The notes beneath the pieces are model-generated. The model was given only the letters and a program-made list of their open reading frames with translations. It made no database searches and was not told where the DNA came from. Made by a program: the position numbers and the translations under genes. Of a stretch of DNA of 64,000 bases, positions 1 to 14,031 are shown piece by piece. Source of the stretch: Felis catus. Lineage: Eukaryota. Within the stretch, counting starts at the first letter, position 1; each line of letters begins with the position of its first letter. The DNA is taken from positions 156,614,001-156,678,000 of the forward strand of contig NC_058368.1 of NCBI RefSeq assembly GCF_018350175.1, written 5' to 3'.

Positions 1-2079
1 ATCATTAGATTTATATCCTAAAACTGGAGGGAAAATAATGGAGAATCTGTTATTTAGTATTCCCCAAATTAAAGTTCATTTTACCAGATCAAAATTATGT
101 CTCACTGAATCCCTTAGGGAAAAGGCTATTGTTATTCACATTAATTTACATAGAACCATTAGGAAAGAAATATATCTATTTTTTACAGCTTTGAAAGAAC
201 ATGTACTTTAACTTCCATAGTGGCGTATAGGCCAAGTGGGTTAACATAGTTTGCATATTCATGGAGTTTTAAAAGCAATGACAGCTTCTCTCCAAGAGAA
301 GCAAACTTAAATAATTACATTCAACTTGTGTAATGGGCAGGTGTCTAAGCTTTTGAAGTAAATGAGACTGGAATATTTTTTATAAGAAATTAGTGTGCCC
401 CCTATAAATGTTCAGTAATAATTCTTAGCACTTAGGTGCCCACTGAGATACTGATTATTTTAGGCATTTCTCCCTGTCTTCAGAGGTTTTCAGCTCAACA
501 CTGGGGGCTCCCCTGCCACACAGAAAATCCTGAGGAAAATTGAAGGTGTCTCCCATGATGGTGACTGTCACTGCCACGAATTCCTGAATTTATCTGCTGC
601 TGGGAATCAGAGGTTAGGTGTAACCTCTGTAGTGTAAAAGCAATACTGAGTTCCTATTCCAGTCTTTAAGTTAACGTCCAAAGTGAACAAAAAAAGAGCA
701 GTCAATCATTCACTGTTGACTGCTGGTTCTAATAATAAATAGAACATGAAAAAAGAAAAGAAAATGAAATACATTATGTCCAGATTAATTTGAATATAAC
801 CACATCATAAATAAAAAAGAAAATGAATAAATTTAGCATTCACTAATTGTTTAGTAGGAGGAACCAAGTGGGCATACTTGCAAAAAGATTACAAATTACT
901 CTCTCTCCCAGTATTTTCAAGTACACCTGTCTTGAAAGAATATTTGACAGTTGTTATTATCTTCTTGGTTACAAATGAGTGGGTAATCACCTGTTTGAAG
1001 AAACTGTAAACTCCCAACATTTTTATTTTTATCACACAGTAAATAGTCACTCGACACTACGCAAATATTAAAATTTTACGAATATTGCCATTTTGGAGCA
1101 GGCATCTGCTATTTTAGTTTTAAGGCATGCGATCTTTTAATTTGGTTTTGATTCTGTTCTGTTTAGATTTGATGAATTAAAGAGGGGTACCAACAATCAT
1201 GTAATGGATTTACAAGCTCTTAGATGGTAGGAAAAGAGCATTTCTCCCCTTCAGGTAAGTCTGCTACCTTGTTAGGATCAACCTGCTCAACATTCACAAT
1301 GGTAAGCACACTTCTACAACTTATTAAGTGGATGCTTTCTTTCAGGAATCGCAAAATTTACACAAAAATTGTTCAAGATGGATAACAAATCTTGAGACAG
1401 ACAACTTGAGGAATGGAATAATATTCCTCAAAACCTATGAAATTCAAGAGTAAATGAATGATCACATAATTGCAAATTTAAAACAACAATTTAATTCTGG
1501 AAATTGAGGAAATAATAATCATTAGCCAATTATTAATATATCACAGGAACAGCAGTATCTGAATCAGGAAGCTTTAAGAAATAAGACTGGTTTCAGTGTT
1601 TTTACAGGCCCATTTCTTTGTTAAAAAAAGTGGAACAAGGTAGACGCTTAGTGTAGATCCAGAATTATCTCTGGGATGTGCTAAGGAATTTGAACAACAA
1701 AAAGAGTGATTCTGCCCGAGAGAAGGAGATGTAGCATTACTCCAAGGTGCTGAAATGATGAAACCTGGAAGAAATATTCCCACTAATGTCTGGCAAACTG
1801 TGGAGAAGGCAATGATTCAAAAGTCATTTATTGTTTATTTTTTAATACATTACACTTCTTTCAAAAAGCAGGGACACTTTAAAAACTGGGTGGTTGGCAA
1901 ATCCTATAAGATCAAACCTGAAACTTTGTATTTATATTATTTACTTTGATGATCCAGTCAGGTGAAATGAGTTTAGTCATTAAATGGTGTGAACCCTGCA
2001 TGCTGCTTGATATATATATTTATATATATGTACATATATAAATAAATATAGGCACTAGGAGAATTGCCTCATTTCTTAC

Positions 2080-2173
2080 CTGTGACGTCGGCGACCATTA
2101 ACCCTTCTGCTCTGATCACTTTCACCTGGAGAAATCCCACATCTTTCAGGTTGTGAAATATTCGCAATGGGCT
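2080..2173 (-). CDS. MCTP1: MCTP1 exon ~12 (94 nt): SPLRIFHNLKDVGFLQVKVIRAEGLMVADVT(G), start of C2C
   Basis: Acceptor gtctttcag|AGC, donor CAG|gtaaga; phase 0/1. Confidence 0.97.
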
Positions 2174-3436
2174 CTGAAAGACCCCAACATCGATATTAGG
2201 AAAGAGAGGTCCTAGCGGGTCTCAAAGAGTGTGCTGAGAAAACACTAAGTTTTATGATTGATCTCAGGATGCTGCTTAAGTGATTCAAAGGGATGTTTGT
2301 GTTTCTTCAATACAAAGTATCATTCACCATCATTAACGAGTACATACGCATAGGCACACATATGTATCTACATAGGTAATTATTGCTCTACAAGACTTTT
2401 TGAAAGAATAAAAAATACCACATGCCTTCCCCATAAATAATTATCAGTACATGATGAACAATAAAATATAGAAGAGTGTATGTATAGTTCCTTCCTTCAA
2501 TTTCCTTTACTTAAGGACTCCAAGAAATCTTTCATCTACGGGTATGATGGTTTGGAGACTAATGATTGTTAATACTGAGTCTTAAATTGTTGCTTATGTA
2601 ACACACTGCAGCCTTTAGAATTAAGCAAGTTAACAATTTTTTTTTAAGTTATTTTCTTCTTGTGAGTTTTGGAAACAGCATGTGCCAGATGAGGGTTAAA
2701 TTAATGAAGTGCCATTTCGTAATATTTAATTCAAAAGTTTGACACAGTTCTATAAGCCTGTTAGGAAAAATATCATATATAATCTTCTAAAATAAGTCAA
2801 ATTGATCACTGAAAATAAGATCAAAAGTGACAAATAATTTTTCTTAGGTTTGTAATTTTATTTGCCATTGTAGTATGAGTAGAAGTAGAGAAATTTCAAC
2901 AGGTGAATCAGATCCAAAGAATAAAACGTATTTAATTTCATAAATTAATAATGGTAGTGTTTTGGGAAGTATAATACCTGAAGGCATTAGAAGAGGGCTA
3001 CCAGTGCAGTAACTCAGAACCCTAATTAATGGTCACAAATACTTGAGGAGTAAGTACTGACACAGAACATCGAAATGCGTTTATTTGCACTTCCTAGCAT
3101 TTTTCTCATGACAAGACCAGCATTTCTTCTCAGTAAATCAAAGCCTTCTGTATCATGATCCTTAAAGTGCTATAAGACCAGGGAGCATAACCTAACAAAG
3201 TCATCAAACTGTTACCAAAGAACATTCCCATCCTTGTATGAAGAATGTGAGAATACTGACAAGCAGAAGCTTACTGAAATATTAACTTTATCAGTCCTGT
3301 ATGACTAATCAGTGTTTACTGAAGCCATGACCTTGGTATATTGAGAGGAGGCAATGCAGATATATGTGTAATCTCGGAGCCTAACTTTTAAGGGTGTTGA
3401 GCACAAGATTAGCGCTTAGTCTTTTATTGTTTTTAA

Positions 3437-3621
3437 ACAGTTGCTTATCACCAAAAATCTATTTGAACTACCCAGAGGACAGCGTTCAGTAAAAATGCAC
3501 TTGTCTCTCCATTTAAATTACGTGTAAGTTAAGGGTTTAACAGTGGCAACTTTACACAGTGGTGTTACAACTCAGAGTTTGTTGTCTTCCTAATGTGGTA
3601 ACACCAGGTTTGAGAAGCCTG
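3437..3621. mobile_element. Possible old hAT-Charlie-type MITE remnant
   Basis: Ends in ggtttgagaagcctg, resembling MER5/Charlie termini; family not assignable. Confidence 0.25.
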
Positions 3622-6600
3622 CCCTTATCTCAGAGCTTACGAGCTTATGGATTATTATACCCCAGGTAAATCTCCTATCCTAATGACAGAGAAGAGTTTT
3701 ATCAAAAGGTTCCTGTCCTTTAATTTTCAAGAGTAATTTCAACCAAGTTCCACTGTGTCTAAAACAAATACCTTCAGTCTTCAGGCTGAGAACTGTTCAA
3801 TACTAGTAACCTCACTGCCCAGACGTATAGCTTCTGACGCTTCAGCTCTGATGTTCTGCTTCTCATTTGGGGTAGTAATTATTGTCTGAACGTTTTATTT
3901 CCTCCAGTCAGCTGACACTCAGTAATTTATTGCCAACTTCAACTGTTTAGGCCAGTGACATATCGATTATAATAAGAATTCAAAAAAAAAAAGCAAAAAA
4001 CTTAAATATATCAGTTTATAAATACACCTTTCAGTAATGCTTCATCAAGACATATTCCTGCCTTGTTATTTATGGTTATTTTAGAAGGCCTCAAAACCTG
4101 GATGGCTTCTGAAGCCTGAAATTTCCATAGCAGAGGAATCTATGATTTGCTGTGAATCCTTTCAGCCCTCAATAGATGGGAAAAGATTGAAATGCTCTGG
4201 AGAGGAGTCCTCTTTATTTTTTTAATGAAAGGCTGTATAATATATTTTCTCTATGGCTGCAGCAGCTGTCAGGGAGAGCATCTCAGTTCAGCTCTATTAC
4301 GGGAGAGGCAATACCCCATCCTATGGCATAGAGATGCTCTGAGGGGCCAGAGCTGATTGACAGCTTGTCACCGTGACGTCTTATTCCATCTCTGTTATGG
4401 AGAAAATTAATGTCACACCACCAGCCTTATGACTCGCTGTCATCTTAGAACCGCTCACCTTTTATCAATGCTCTAAATAACATTTCAAGCCCATCGTCTC
4501 ACGGTGGACAATCCGGTCAAGGGACATTAAATCAGATGACTGTGAAATGTCATAATAAAAATGGAATGCTAACAACTTCTTCTCTAAACTAGCTCCTCTG
4601 GTTTTTAAACTGTGACAAGGGGGAGCAAGGGTTCAGCATACCCGTTCTGAAAAGGTCATACAATCGCTCTTGGTCTACTACCCATTACTACCCGCCCCCT
4701 ATTGACCTTCCCTGCTTTCCTCCCCCTAAAAGAAAAAAAAAAAAAAAAAAAAAGAAAGAAAAATGGAATTAGCCATCTTTTCAGAATGAGGTGATCAAAT
4801 AATGGTTCCCACAGTAATGTCTGTTTAATTTGTGGGGCTTCAATGCTTTACAATGAGCAGCTGAAGGACAGAAATGGAGCCTTTTCAGGGGCAATTCGTT
4901 TACTTTCCTCACTATGGCCACTGCCAAATCAAATTCTTAAGTTTAACCTAAAACTTAAAAAATACACATGTTCTCTCAGGGAAACATACAAATAAGTCTC
5001 CAAATAACCTCTTTTTTTTAGGTTTCTTCAGAACAAGTGATGTTTCAGACATGATACAGCATTTCATCATCTCATAACCTGTGCGATAAAAAGGAAACAC
5101 GCTGAAACCAAAAACTACAGGTCTCTGTCCTTGTATGGCTATGAGCAATTATAACACATGTGCTTTACCACCTACAGTAGCATCTTAGCAGCTACGTCTC
5201 TAGAGGGAAATACAGGCCTATGCTTGAAATTCAGGGCTAAAAAAAAAAAAGATGCATTTAAATATGGTTCACTTTTTAATACATTGAGCAGCATATAACC
5301 TGAAATTAGCTGGGGGCATCCATATAATGTTTTGTATTTTATTGAAAAAATAACTAACATTTGAAAGAAAGTGTGGAAACAAATATTCAAATTCTGAATG
5401 GAAATGGCTGATTTAAGGAAGCCCATCCAACAAAAAGAAAAAAAAAAGGATCAATGATAGTTGGATTATTTCTAATTTCCGAGCCCGCAGTATCATTCTA
5501 ATATACGGGATAGTATCAAATATTCATCCATAAAGTACAGTATCATAATACCTAGAATCTTTATATTAATATACCAATTAATTCCTTTAAAATTGTTTCA
5601 ATTCATGAGGCTCACTTCTGGTAACAGGAGAATATGTTTTTGTGGGTACCAAAATGTGAAATAATTTTCATAATTGCAATTACATATTAGAAGATGCCCA
5701 ACAATACATTGGGTTCTTAGGTGGTTTAAAAATATATACTCTGTAGCCTGGCTGAGTCACCTCTATTAAACTGTTTATGATAACACCATTGGTGGATGAG
5801 TTGTACAAGCATTAGCAGACAGCTGATTCAGTGGAGATAGCCAGAATAAATTTGCTGAAGCGCACATCCTGCTAATCTGTTTGAAGAATATTGTAGAGCA
5901 TTAGTACCAGCACTTCATGTTATCTGCACAGACTGATAAGGTACATCTTTATTAAATTCAGTTATTGGAAGGATGTCAGTCAGCAAATAGGAATATTTTA
6001 GAATCTAAAAAAAAAAAAAAATTAAGCGGGTCTTTGTTAGTCAGAGCTTGGTTTCATGGCTGAGTGTCTAGAGGAGCCTTCTAAACACCTGGCAGCATTG
6101 TACAATACAAGCTTTGTAATTTTAAGTGGAAAAGCCTTTTTCCCCCCCGGCTTCACGGGTACCCAGGCATTCACTTTTTCGAGGCTCCAATGAGAGAGAA
6201 TGGTGGAGTAAGAGCTCCCCTCTCTGTTGATTCGAGAAAACTACATGGTGGAAAATGCACAATGTGAGGATGCTGGGAAATAGGTAGATTCGGATACGAA
6301 TATTTTGGTTTGGTAAAATTTGAGAAGGGTACTTACTATAGTGACTCGCTATCCCACCCAATCACTGTCTACATTTGGTCAAAAGGTAGGGAGGCTTCCT
6401 TTTAATTACATTTCACATTCAATGAAAATAAAATAAAGGAACGAAGTGAGGCTTTTCTAAGCAGTTGACATAAAAATTTCTGGAATATCTTCTTGTTACC
6501 AAGCTACTAATTAATGTAGCTTCCATTAATTCCATTTCAAACTTGGAAAGACCAAGAATTATTAATGGCAATTACAAAGAGTCAATGAATTAATTTTAAA

Positions 6601-6901
6601 GTAATGTTGTGTACACCTAACTTTCCTTTATGAGAAGTTTCCTTGCGTGATAATTGTGCTGCATGACAAAATCACTGAGGAGATGCTCAGGATCTAGAAC
6701 TTGCTTTGGAAGAGACTCGAGAGTAGACGGGGTGTCTAGACATCAGGGTAATAAGTGTGGCATTTGCACTTGCCCAGCTTTCTGTTTGTGCTGATTCATC
6801 TGTCAGACAGCTTTGCAGATGTACTTCTGTCACTCCAAGTGAATTATTTACAACCTCAACTAGTCACACATAATCCTGAAGGAGGAGGGTTACATACGTA
6901 C

Positions 6902-7088
6902 ATATCTCCTTAATATTTCCTCCCGTTCTTTCTGGTCCTCCAGGGAGTTGACGGAGAGGTCAGAGATACTGACTGTGGCCGAAGCTGTCAGGGTTACCAG
7001 CAGCACCAGGTGTCCCTCACCCTCTTCCAGCTGCAGCTCCAACTTGTGTGTCTGTTCCCTACTGAGAGCCGACAGGTCGACCTGGCAC
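6902..7088 (-). CDS. MCTP1: MCTP1 exon ~11 (187 nt): (R)CQVDLSALSREQTHKLELQLEEGEGHLVLLVTLTASATVSISDLSVNSLEDQKEREEILRRY
   Basis: Acceptor tttgttcctag|G, branch-like ctaat about 21 nt upstream, donor TAT|gtacgt; phase 2/0. Confidence 0.97.
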
Positions 7089-7120
7089 CTAGGAACAAAT
7101 GTTTTGGATTAGCAAGTGGC

Positions 7121-7326
<206 letters not shown>

Positions 7327-7901
7327 GTCACATCAAACAGTGAAAGGGCAGGCTGCTCAGAGCTATGTGAAAAATAAATCAACAGAAATACTATTTGGGC
7401 CACTGGAGGAATACGTCTTTCATGTCAACACACTTTCTTCACAAAATTCAGACCCTGATTGTTTTTAGTGTCTAATTTCTCATTTCCTGTAAGATACAAA
7501 AAAAAAAAAAACATACTTATATGATTCTATCACTACCCATTGTGACCATATTCATAAATCGGTAGGACTTTCAGTCCCTAGACAGACTAGTTTAGTGGGG
7601 CTTTGCCTACGGAAAGATTAATACGAGCTGTCTTAGAAGAAGCAAACCACCAAGAATCTGAATTCTTGTGCAGGTTTTAAAACAATGGGTATTCTTCCTT
7701 CATTCATAAATGTTATTAAGCAATGAATAAAATATGTACTATGATGATGCCATAAGTTTTTCATTTTTAAAACCATGCCAGTTTATTCATAGAACACCAT
7801 GCATAAATCTAAATAAAAACAAATTCTCCAAAAATATTATAGCTCAAGGGTTATGTAACAGAGTTGTTCTAATACAGGCTTCATAACATGGCAGCCCATG
7901 C

Positions 7902-8099
7902 TTTATTTGTTTGTTTATTTATTTATTCATTCAGAGAGCAAGGGAGGGGCAGGGAGAAGGGGAGAGAGAGAATCCCAAGCAGGCCCTGCACTGCCAGCGT
8001 GGAGCCCAACATGGGGCTCGAACCCACAAATGGTGAGATCAGTACCTGAGCAGAAACCAAGAGTTGGACACTTAACTGACTGAGCCACCCAGGCACCCC
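7902..8099 (-). mobile_element. CAN-SINE (SINEC), older copy
   Basis: tRNA-derived head reads ...gagccacccaggcacccc on +; TSD catggcagcccatgc (7887-7901) / catggtagcccatgc (8100-8114). Confidence 0.93.
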
Positions 8100-8341
8100 C
8101 ATGGTAGCCCATGCATGAGAACCTACTTACTCAGAGCTAAACACTATTTTCATAAAAATGTCAACTGATTTGGAAGAGAAAGATACTGAGGTGCTCACAA
8201 AGCCAATCAACTGAGAAAGATGGGGCAGATATGAACAGAAGGAATTTATAACAGGGAATAGCCTATTATAAGAATAAATGTGGTAACATCATAAACAGGG
8301 GAGTCAGCCATCAGGGACAGATTAAATGTTTGCTCCTTCTT

Positions 8342-8671
<330 letters not shown>

Positions 8672-9637
8672 TGCTCCTTCTTATTCTTTACTTGATTTAT
8701 TGTCTATTGTTTTGCTTTTAAATTAAATTTTCTAGAAATAGGGTCTTAACACTTATAGGCGGTTTCAAACATCTCTTTAGTATGCATAAATTTAGAAACT
8801 GAACCAAAGTCTGACATTTTCCTTTTATTTGTGCCAATCAAAAATGACAAGAGAGGTAGCTGGGACTAGAAACATCTGAGAGTACAGAAACAAAAGAAAA
8901 GGAAACGCCCTGGTCAGTGACAGAAAGTCCGTGTATATAAATGCTAACTGTTAAGAGCAGGAAATCAGAGTCTGTACCAAGTCTGGAAAACATCTTCCTA
9001 AAGTGAGAACATATATCAAATAACCTCATTGTTTCTGCGAATATAATATGCATTTCAAAATACTTTCATGCTCTCTCCTTAAACTCTGAAGACTGGAAAA
9101 CACATACCAAATTCCTTGTCTAATATTATAATTCTAACTGGAATTAAGTTCTTGTCAACGACACCTGGAACAAATTGAGGAGAAAAATGGAATGGTGAAA
9201 GACAACCAATCAAATGCATTTTCTAATAAAAAGGAAGAATATCAATATGATTTTCTACAGATCTTTCCAGCAATTGGCATAGTGCCTACCTGAAGTTTGT
9301 TGAATGTAAACGAGTCTTTGGATTAGATTGGGAGTATGATACCAGAGAGTTGAACAGGGATTACAGTTCACACAGTACTTTTGGTTGGATAAAGTTGGGA
9401 AGAATAAAGATCTTTTGCTCATTTGGATCATGCATTTCCTAGTCTCATCCTCGCCTTACTCTTTTGTGTGACACTGTATCACTCTTAAAATACATCACAG
9501 CTTTCTGGAAGATTTCCTTCTTTGGCTATTACCATTTTACACTGGTCATATGGATGCTGGCCTATTCCTCATTTATGTTAGAGTCATTGCATTTGATGCT
9601 CTAGACTTGGGGAAAGTTCTCTAAAGATGCTCTGGTC

Positions 9638-9855
9638 CAAGAGTTACAAATTGGCAACTTTCAGATAAAATCTGGCCCATGGATATACTGTTTTTGTTTG
9701 TAGTGCTAAAAAAGTTTTGAATTAAAAACATTTTAAGACAGAGTAAATGTCCTCTGACTTAATTACTATCCCTAATGCTGTCTATTATTTACAACTGGTC
9801 TATTTCACTTAACTCTGTATCTGATTCCAACAGACATAGGTATTTGTGATCCTTA
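9638..9855 (+). mobile_element. MER102-like hAT-Charlie MITE, apparently nested in a MIR
   Basis: aaatctggccc near the start, gtatttgtgatcctt terminus; MIR-like sequence on both sides. Confidence 0.5.
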
Positions 9856-9990
9856 CAATCTCCTTAATTTAGCAAAGAGAAAACTGAAGGCCAGAGAAGA
9901 TACATGACTTAATGGAGCTATACAGTTAGTTATCAGCAGAGCTAGGACCTGAATCTGACACAATGGAATCCAAGATCTAGGCTTTTTCCT
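9856..9990 (-). mobile_element. MIR fragment
   Basis: Core-like gaaaactgaaggccagagaag...tgactt...acagttagt. Confidence 0.65.
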
Positions 9991-10745
9991 GGACTAGCCT
10001 TCACTAAGTAACCATGTATCCCAGGAGGAAGTGTGTCTATTTGCATTGGTTATTAAACTGGGTAATATCTGGACTTGTTTTTAACAGAATTTTTTTTCAG
10101 TTTTGAAGCATGGAATTATGTTTTTATACTCTTAAAATATATATAAACTACAGAAGAAGACTGTAAATTATTGCTTTTATAAGAAGATAAACTCAGAAAA
10201 TATACAAATTGAATTTTTAAAACTATGAAACTAATAAAACTTAAGTTAACATTGTAAATTTACAGGGAAGATTATGCTTTTCTGCTGCAACTAAAGTTTC
10301 AGTATTGGGTATTCTTGTAGAAATGGTCTCAGATTCTATCCTATATTTAATGTTTCAGAATTTTGACTTTAATAATTCTAACGTAGAAAATGCTTATTTA
10401 TATAAATGTATTGAAGAGAGTATTAATGACTCCAGGGTTCTTTGCTAGTTGGGGTTATTCAGCTCTACTCTTCATCTAAAAACTCTGCTCAGGAGTAATC
10501 CTCAGATGCTATTTTAAATGAAATGCTGCCTGATAACTGAGCCAACTTGTCTTGTTAACTTGAGAATGAAGTTAGCATCATGGCACCACTGAAATCTGCA
10601 TTAAGTGAGTATTAAATCAAATTATTGCTGGAATTTTGTGGAAAAAAGTCTTTGCTACCCCTTTATTGCCATTGAATAAATATGTACAAAGACAGAACTC
10701 CCACAACAGTCTGTTCCAAATTCAGTGCTTATTGCTACAGACCAG

Positions 10746-11105
10746 TGTCATGGTTTGAGTGTTTGTCTCCAAAATGCCTATGTTGAAACCTATTGGCCGA
10801 TGTGATGGTATTATGAGGTGGGGCCTTTGTGAGGTGATTAGGTCATGAAGGTGGTGAATGAGATTAGTGCCTCTTCATGAATGAGATTAGTGCCTTCATA
10901 ACAGAGGCCCCAGAGAGATCCTTCACTCCTTCTGCCATGTAAGGACACAGAGAAAACACAGCAGTCTCTGAACCAGGAAACCAGACACAGAATCTGCTGG
11001 TGTCTCCATTTTGGACTTACCAGCTTCTAGAACTGTGAGAAGTAAATTTCTGTTGTTTTTAACAGTCTGTGGTAATCTGGGATAGCAGCCCAACAGGCAG
11101 ATTCA
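10746..11105 (+). mobile_element. ERVL-MaLR solo LTR (MLT1A-like)
   Basis: TG start, gaggtggggcctttg, gagattagtgcc, ccagc..ctagaactgtgaga..aaatttctgttg; internal 18-nt duplication at 10855-10872/10878-10895. Confidence 0.88.
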
Positions 11106-11304
11106 CCTGTATTTAGCTCCCCTGTACTGTTATTTCCTAAAGGATGGAAGGATTCACTACGGTTTGGATATAGAAGTCCTTGGTGGTCATCTGGATGGTC
11201 AGAATTGGCATAAATTAATGGTTTGACATTGTTATCAAAGTGAAAATGAAAATTTAAAGAATGAAGCAAATTCATGAAGTCCCAAAATACATACGCAGAT
11301 ATGT

Positions 11305-11470
11305 ACTCAGGGAAAAGAGCCCAGGATAGGGAGTCAGATTCCCTTCATTTCAGCCCTCCATCTGTCACTAATTAGTTGTGTGACCTTTTCCTAGAAAACT
11401 TATTCTCTTGAATTCCAGTTTCCTTATCTGCAATATGAGGTAATTGAACTAGATAAACTTAAAATTCCTG
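11305..11470 (+). mobile_element. MIR/MIR3 fragment
   Basis: tgtgtgacctt...cagtttccttatctg core. Confidence 0.7.
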
Positions 11471-11788
11471 AAAACCCCCAATTTCACAATGTGTTACAAC
11501 TCTATCCATGTTTACACTTGTTTGCATCCTTTCTTTGCAATTCCACAAACCAAAAACCTAAGAGAACAAATTCATCTTTTAGTCAACAAAATACTATTCT
11601 TCAAATGTATTATACACATCTTCCAGAAAAGCCTTTATGTTGATGCTAGAGGGCAGATAATCTATTTTCAGACTGTCTTCCAAGAGGGTACCTCAAAAGT
11701 TGCCATGGAGGGGAGAAGGGTGAAAAACTAGGGTGTGGACTCTCCTCTCTAGTTCAAAGAACGGCTTCTCTTACATCTGTTTTCATAT

Positions 11789-12511
11789 TGTGGTTCCACA
11801 TGTAAGCTGAAAACTTATTGGATACATCTTTTCATTCCCTGAGATTCTCCTGAAACCAAGGCTTCCTGGGTCATGGGTCATCCGCTGCCTGCTTTGCCTC
11901 AACTGTGACTTTGGCTGAGGGTCTGCTTTTCATCCCACCATCATGACCGATTAACTGTGCTTGAGTCCTCATGGAGCTTCCATCTAGGACTGACTCAACT
12001 TCCACTTGCCAAAATAAGCTGGCACTCCCCTTGGCTGCCATTGTGCATCTAGGCCTAATGGCCACATGTCCCAAGTTTCTGACTTCTAAGACCACTTCCT
12101 CACTTGGATGACAAGCCATACGGTGGGTTGTGGGATCTGGTTCCCTGATCAAGAGCCAGAGAAACAAGATGCAACAATAGCCTTCTGGTGGGGTGAACTT
12201 AGATTAACGGAATAGGAGCTGGGAAGATAACTCCCCACAACACTCTCCCTCTCACAGACTGCTTCAAAGGATGATTCTCCAGATTACCTGTCCACATGTG
12301 GCCAGGTGAGTGCATAGCAACCAGCTCTGTCTCTGAAACTCAGGGAACAGTGGCCATCCCACCAATATACTGCCTTGCATTGCCTCCTACTCTTCCCTGC
12401 CTTATGTTTTTTGTCTCTCACTCTCAGTGCCCGGGGTTCTATCTCCCAATAAAGCATCAGAACTTAATCGTTGCCTCAAACTCTCTTTTTTAGGGAGTTT
12501 GGCTAATGTGA
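11789..12511 (+). mobile_element. Old ERVL-class solo LTR (LTR33/LTR41/LTR50-like)
   Basis: GC-richer block; 3' end cccAATAAAgcat..ttgcctca..ctct..tttaggga typical of this group; AATAAA at 12448-12453. Confidence 0.6.
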
Positions 12512-13289
12512 AAACCATTGACACAATTCAATCCCCTCAGTAACAGATGTCTAAAACACAAACCTAACTACACCCCTCCCCTAGGTTCCCACCACTTCTG
12601 AAATATCCTTAACAAGGCAATGGTGTACTCCATGACTTACCATCAGCTGTCGTTTGCTGACTCACACTTATGACTCAAGTCATTGCAGACAGCTGATGAT
12701 TCTCCCACCATCCATGCTAGGGCGTAGCTCTTTCTTTGTGTTTGGATAAAGCAACCCTCTGCCTGAGCTGATATATCTATCTTTGCTTGCCAAGTTTAAT
12801 AATTCTCAATGAAATAACCTGCAGTTGTCTTTCTCTGCCAGTATCCTGAGACTTCAATGGCAGGTGTCTAGCACAGCACCCAGAATATAGTTGGTGCTTT
12901 GTAAGTATTGAAGTACTTATGGACAATATGGAAGTGAAGAGAGGTCCAAAATTTACCCACGGTGACAGTAGCAGACCAGGGCTAGTGTGTAATGTGCCCA
13001 ATCTACCACCCTCTATTATCCCCCTAGAAAGGGGTTTGATTTCTTTTCAATACTTGTTTCTCTCACTCATTAACCCATTTATTCATGAACTATTTAAGTG
13101 TGTCAGGCCTCTGTTTGTATCCTCTATTAGATTTTAGGAACTCAGTCATTCTGAGCCCACTAATTTCTCATCTCCTTTTTCCCAGAACTACCACAGACTC
13201 AGCGTGTTGCCTTGAACAAAGTTCAAATGGCTTCAGACTCTGCGACCAGGGGTTCAGAACACCAAAGTTTTAATAAAGCTTATTCATTA

Positions 13290-13480
13290 GCATTGTGCTA
13301 TTATGCAAGTCACTTAAAGTTTTTGTACATCAGTTTTGTTCACTTATAAAATGGAAATCAATTTTTTTAAATGTCTCCTCTTTGCATAGAGTTGTAAGAA
13401 CACAGGAGTAACAGATGAGCCAGTACTTTGAAAAGTTGAAAGTACTATCTAAATATAATATGTGGTTTTATTATTGTTAT
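13290..13480 (+). mobile_element. MIR fragment
   Basis: gcaagtcacttaa...tcagttt...taaaatgg core and ttattatt tail. Confidence 0.65.
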
Positions 13481-14031
13481 GCCTTGGTTTGATGTTGGAA
13501 AATTTAAAAACTTACTATATACTCTGAACCCAGCTCATCAATCCATCAATCAATAGAAGAATCAAAACAGACTCGAAACTGAAGATTTCAAAGCTACTTT
13601 CTCTCATTCCACAAATGGGGAAATTGAGGCTCAGAGAAATTTAATGATGGCAAGAACTTGAAAGTTTCCTGACTTCCATATGAAAGCTTAAAGTTCTTTG
13701 TGCTTTTAAAAAACTGTATGCATTTAGTCACATGAAAGAAATATGTCACATTTATTTGGTGACATTTCCCCTTAAGAGTACAGAGTAAAATTTCAGTGCT
13801 CTTACCATCTTTTTTTCTCCTCTGTCCTTCTATCTGCCATGCCTGAACTAGTGACCAGTGATATTCCTCCCAGATGAAATAGTCTTGAGCTTAGCACCCT
13901 GCACGTATACATGTACATACGTGTGAGAACACTGGGGTGCAGGAGTAAATGTTAGGACTATTGGGATTTTTTTTTAATTTAAAAACAGGGCAAGAATCAA
14001 GCTTTATAAATGTTTAATATATGCATTAACA

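Noticed and set aside
1241..1260. Perfect pyrimidine-CAG|GTAAGT ratchet-like motif (another at 28101-28124)
   Set aside because: Both are on the plus strand, antisense to MCTP1, with no evidence for a plus-strand transcript
1406..1431. Small hairpins of 8-9 bp (also ~19734-19754)
   Set aside because: Expected by chance in AT-rich sequence
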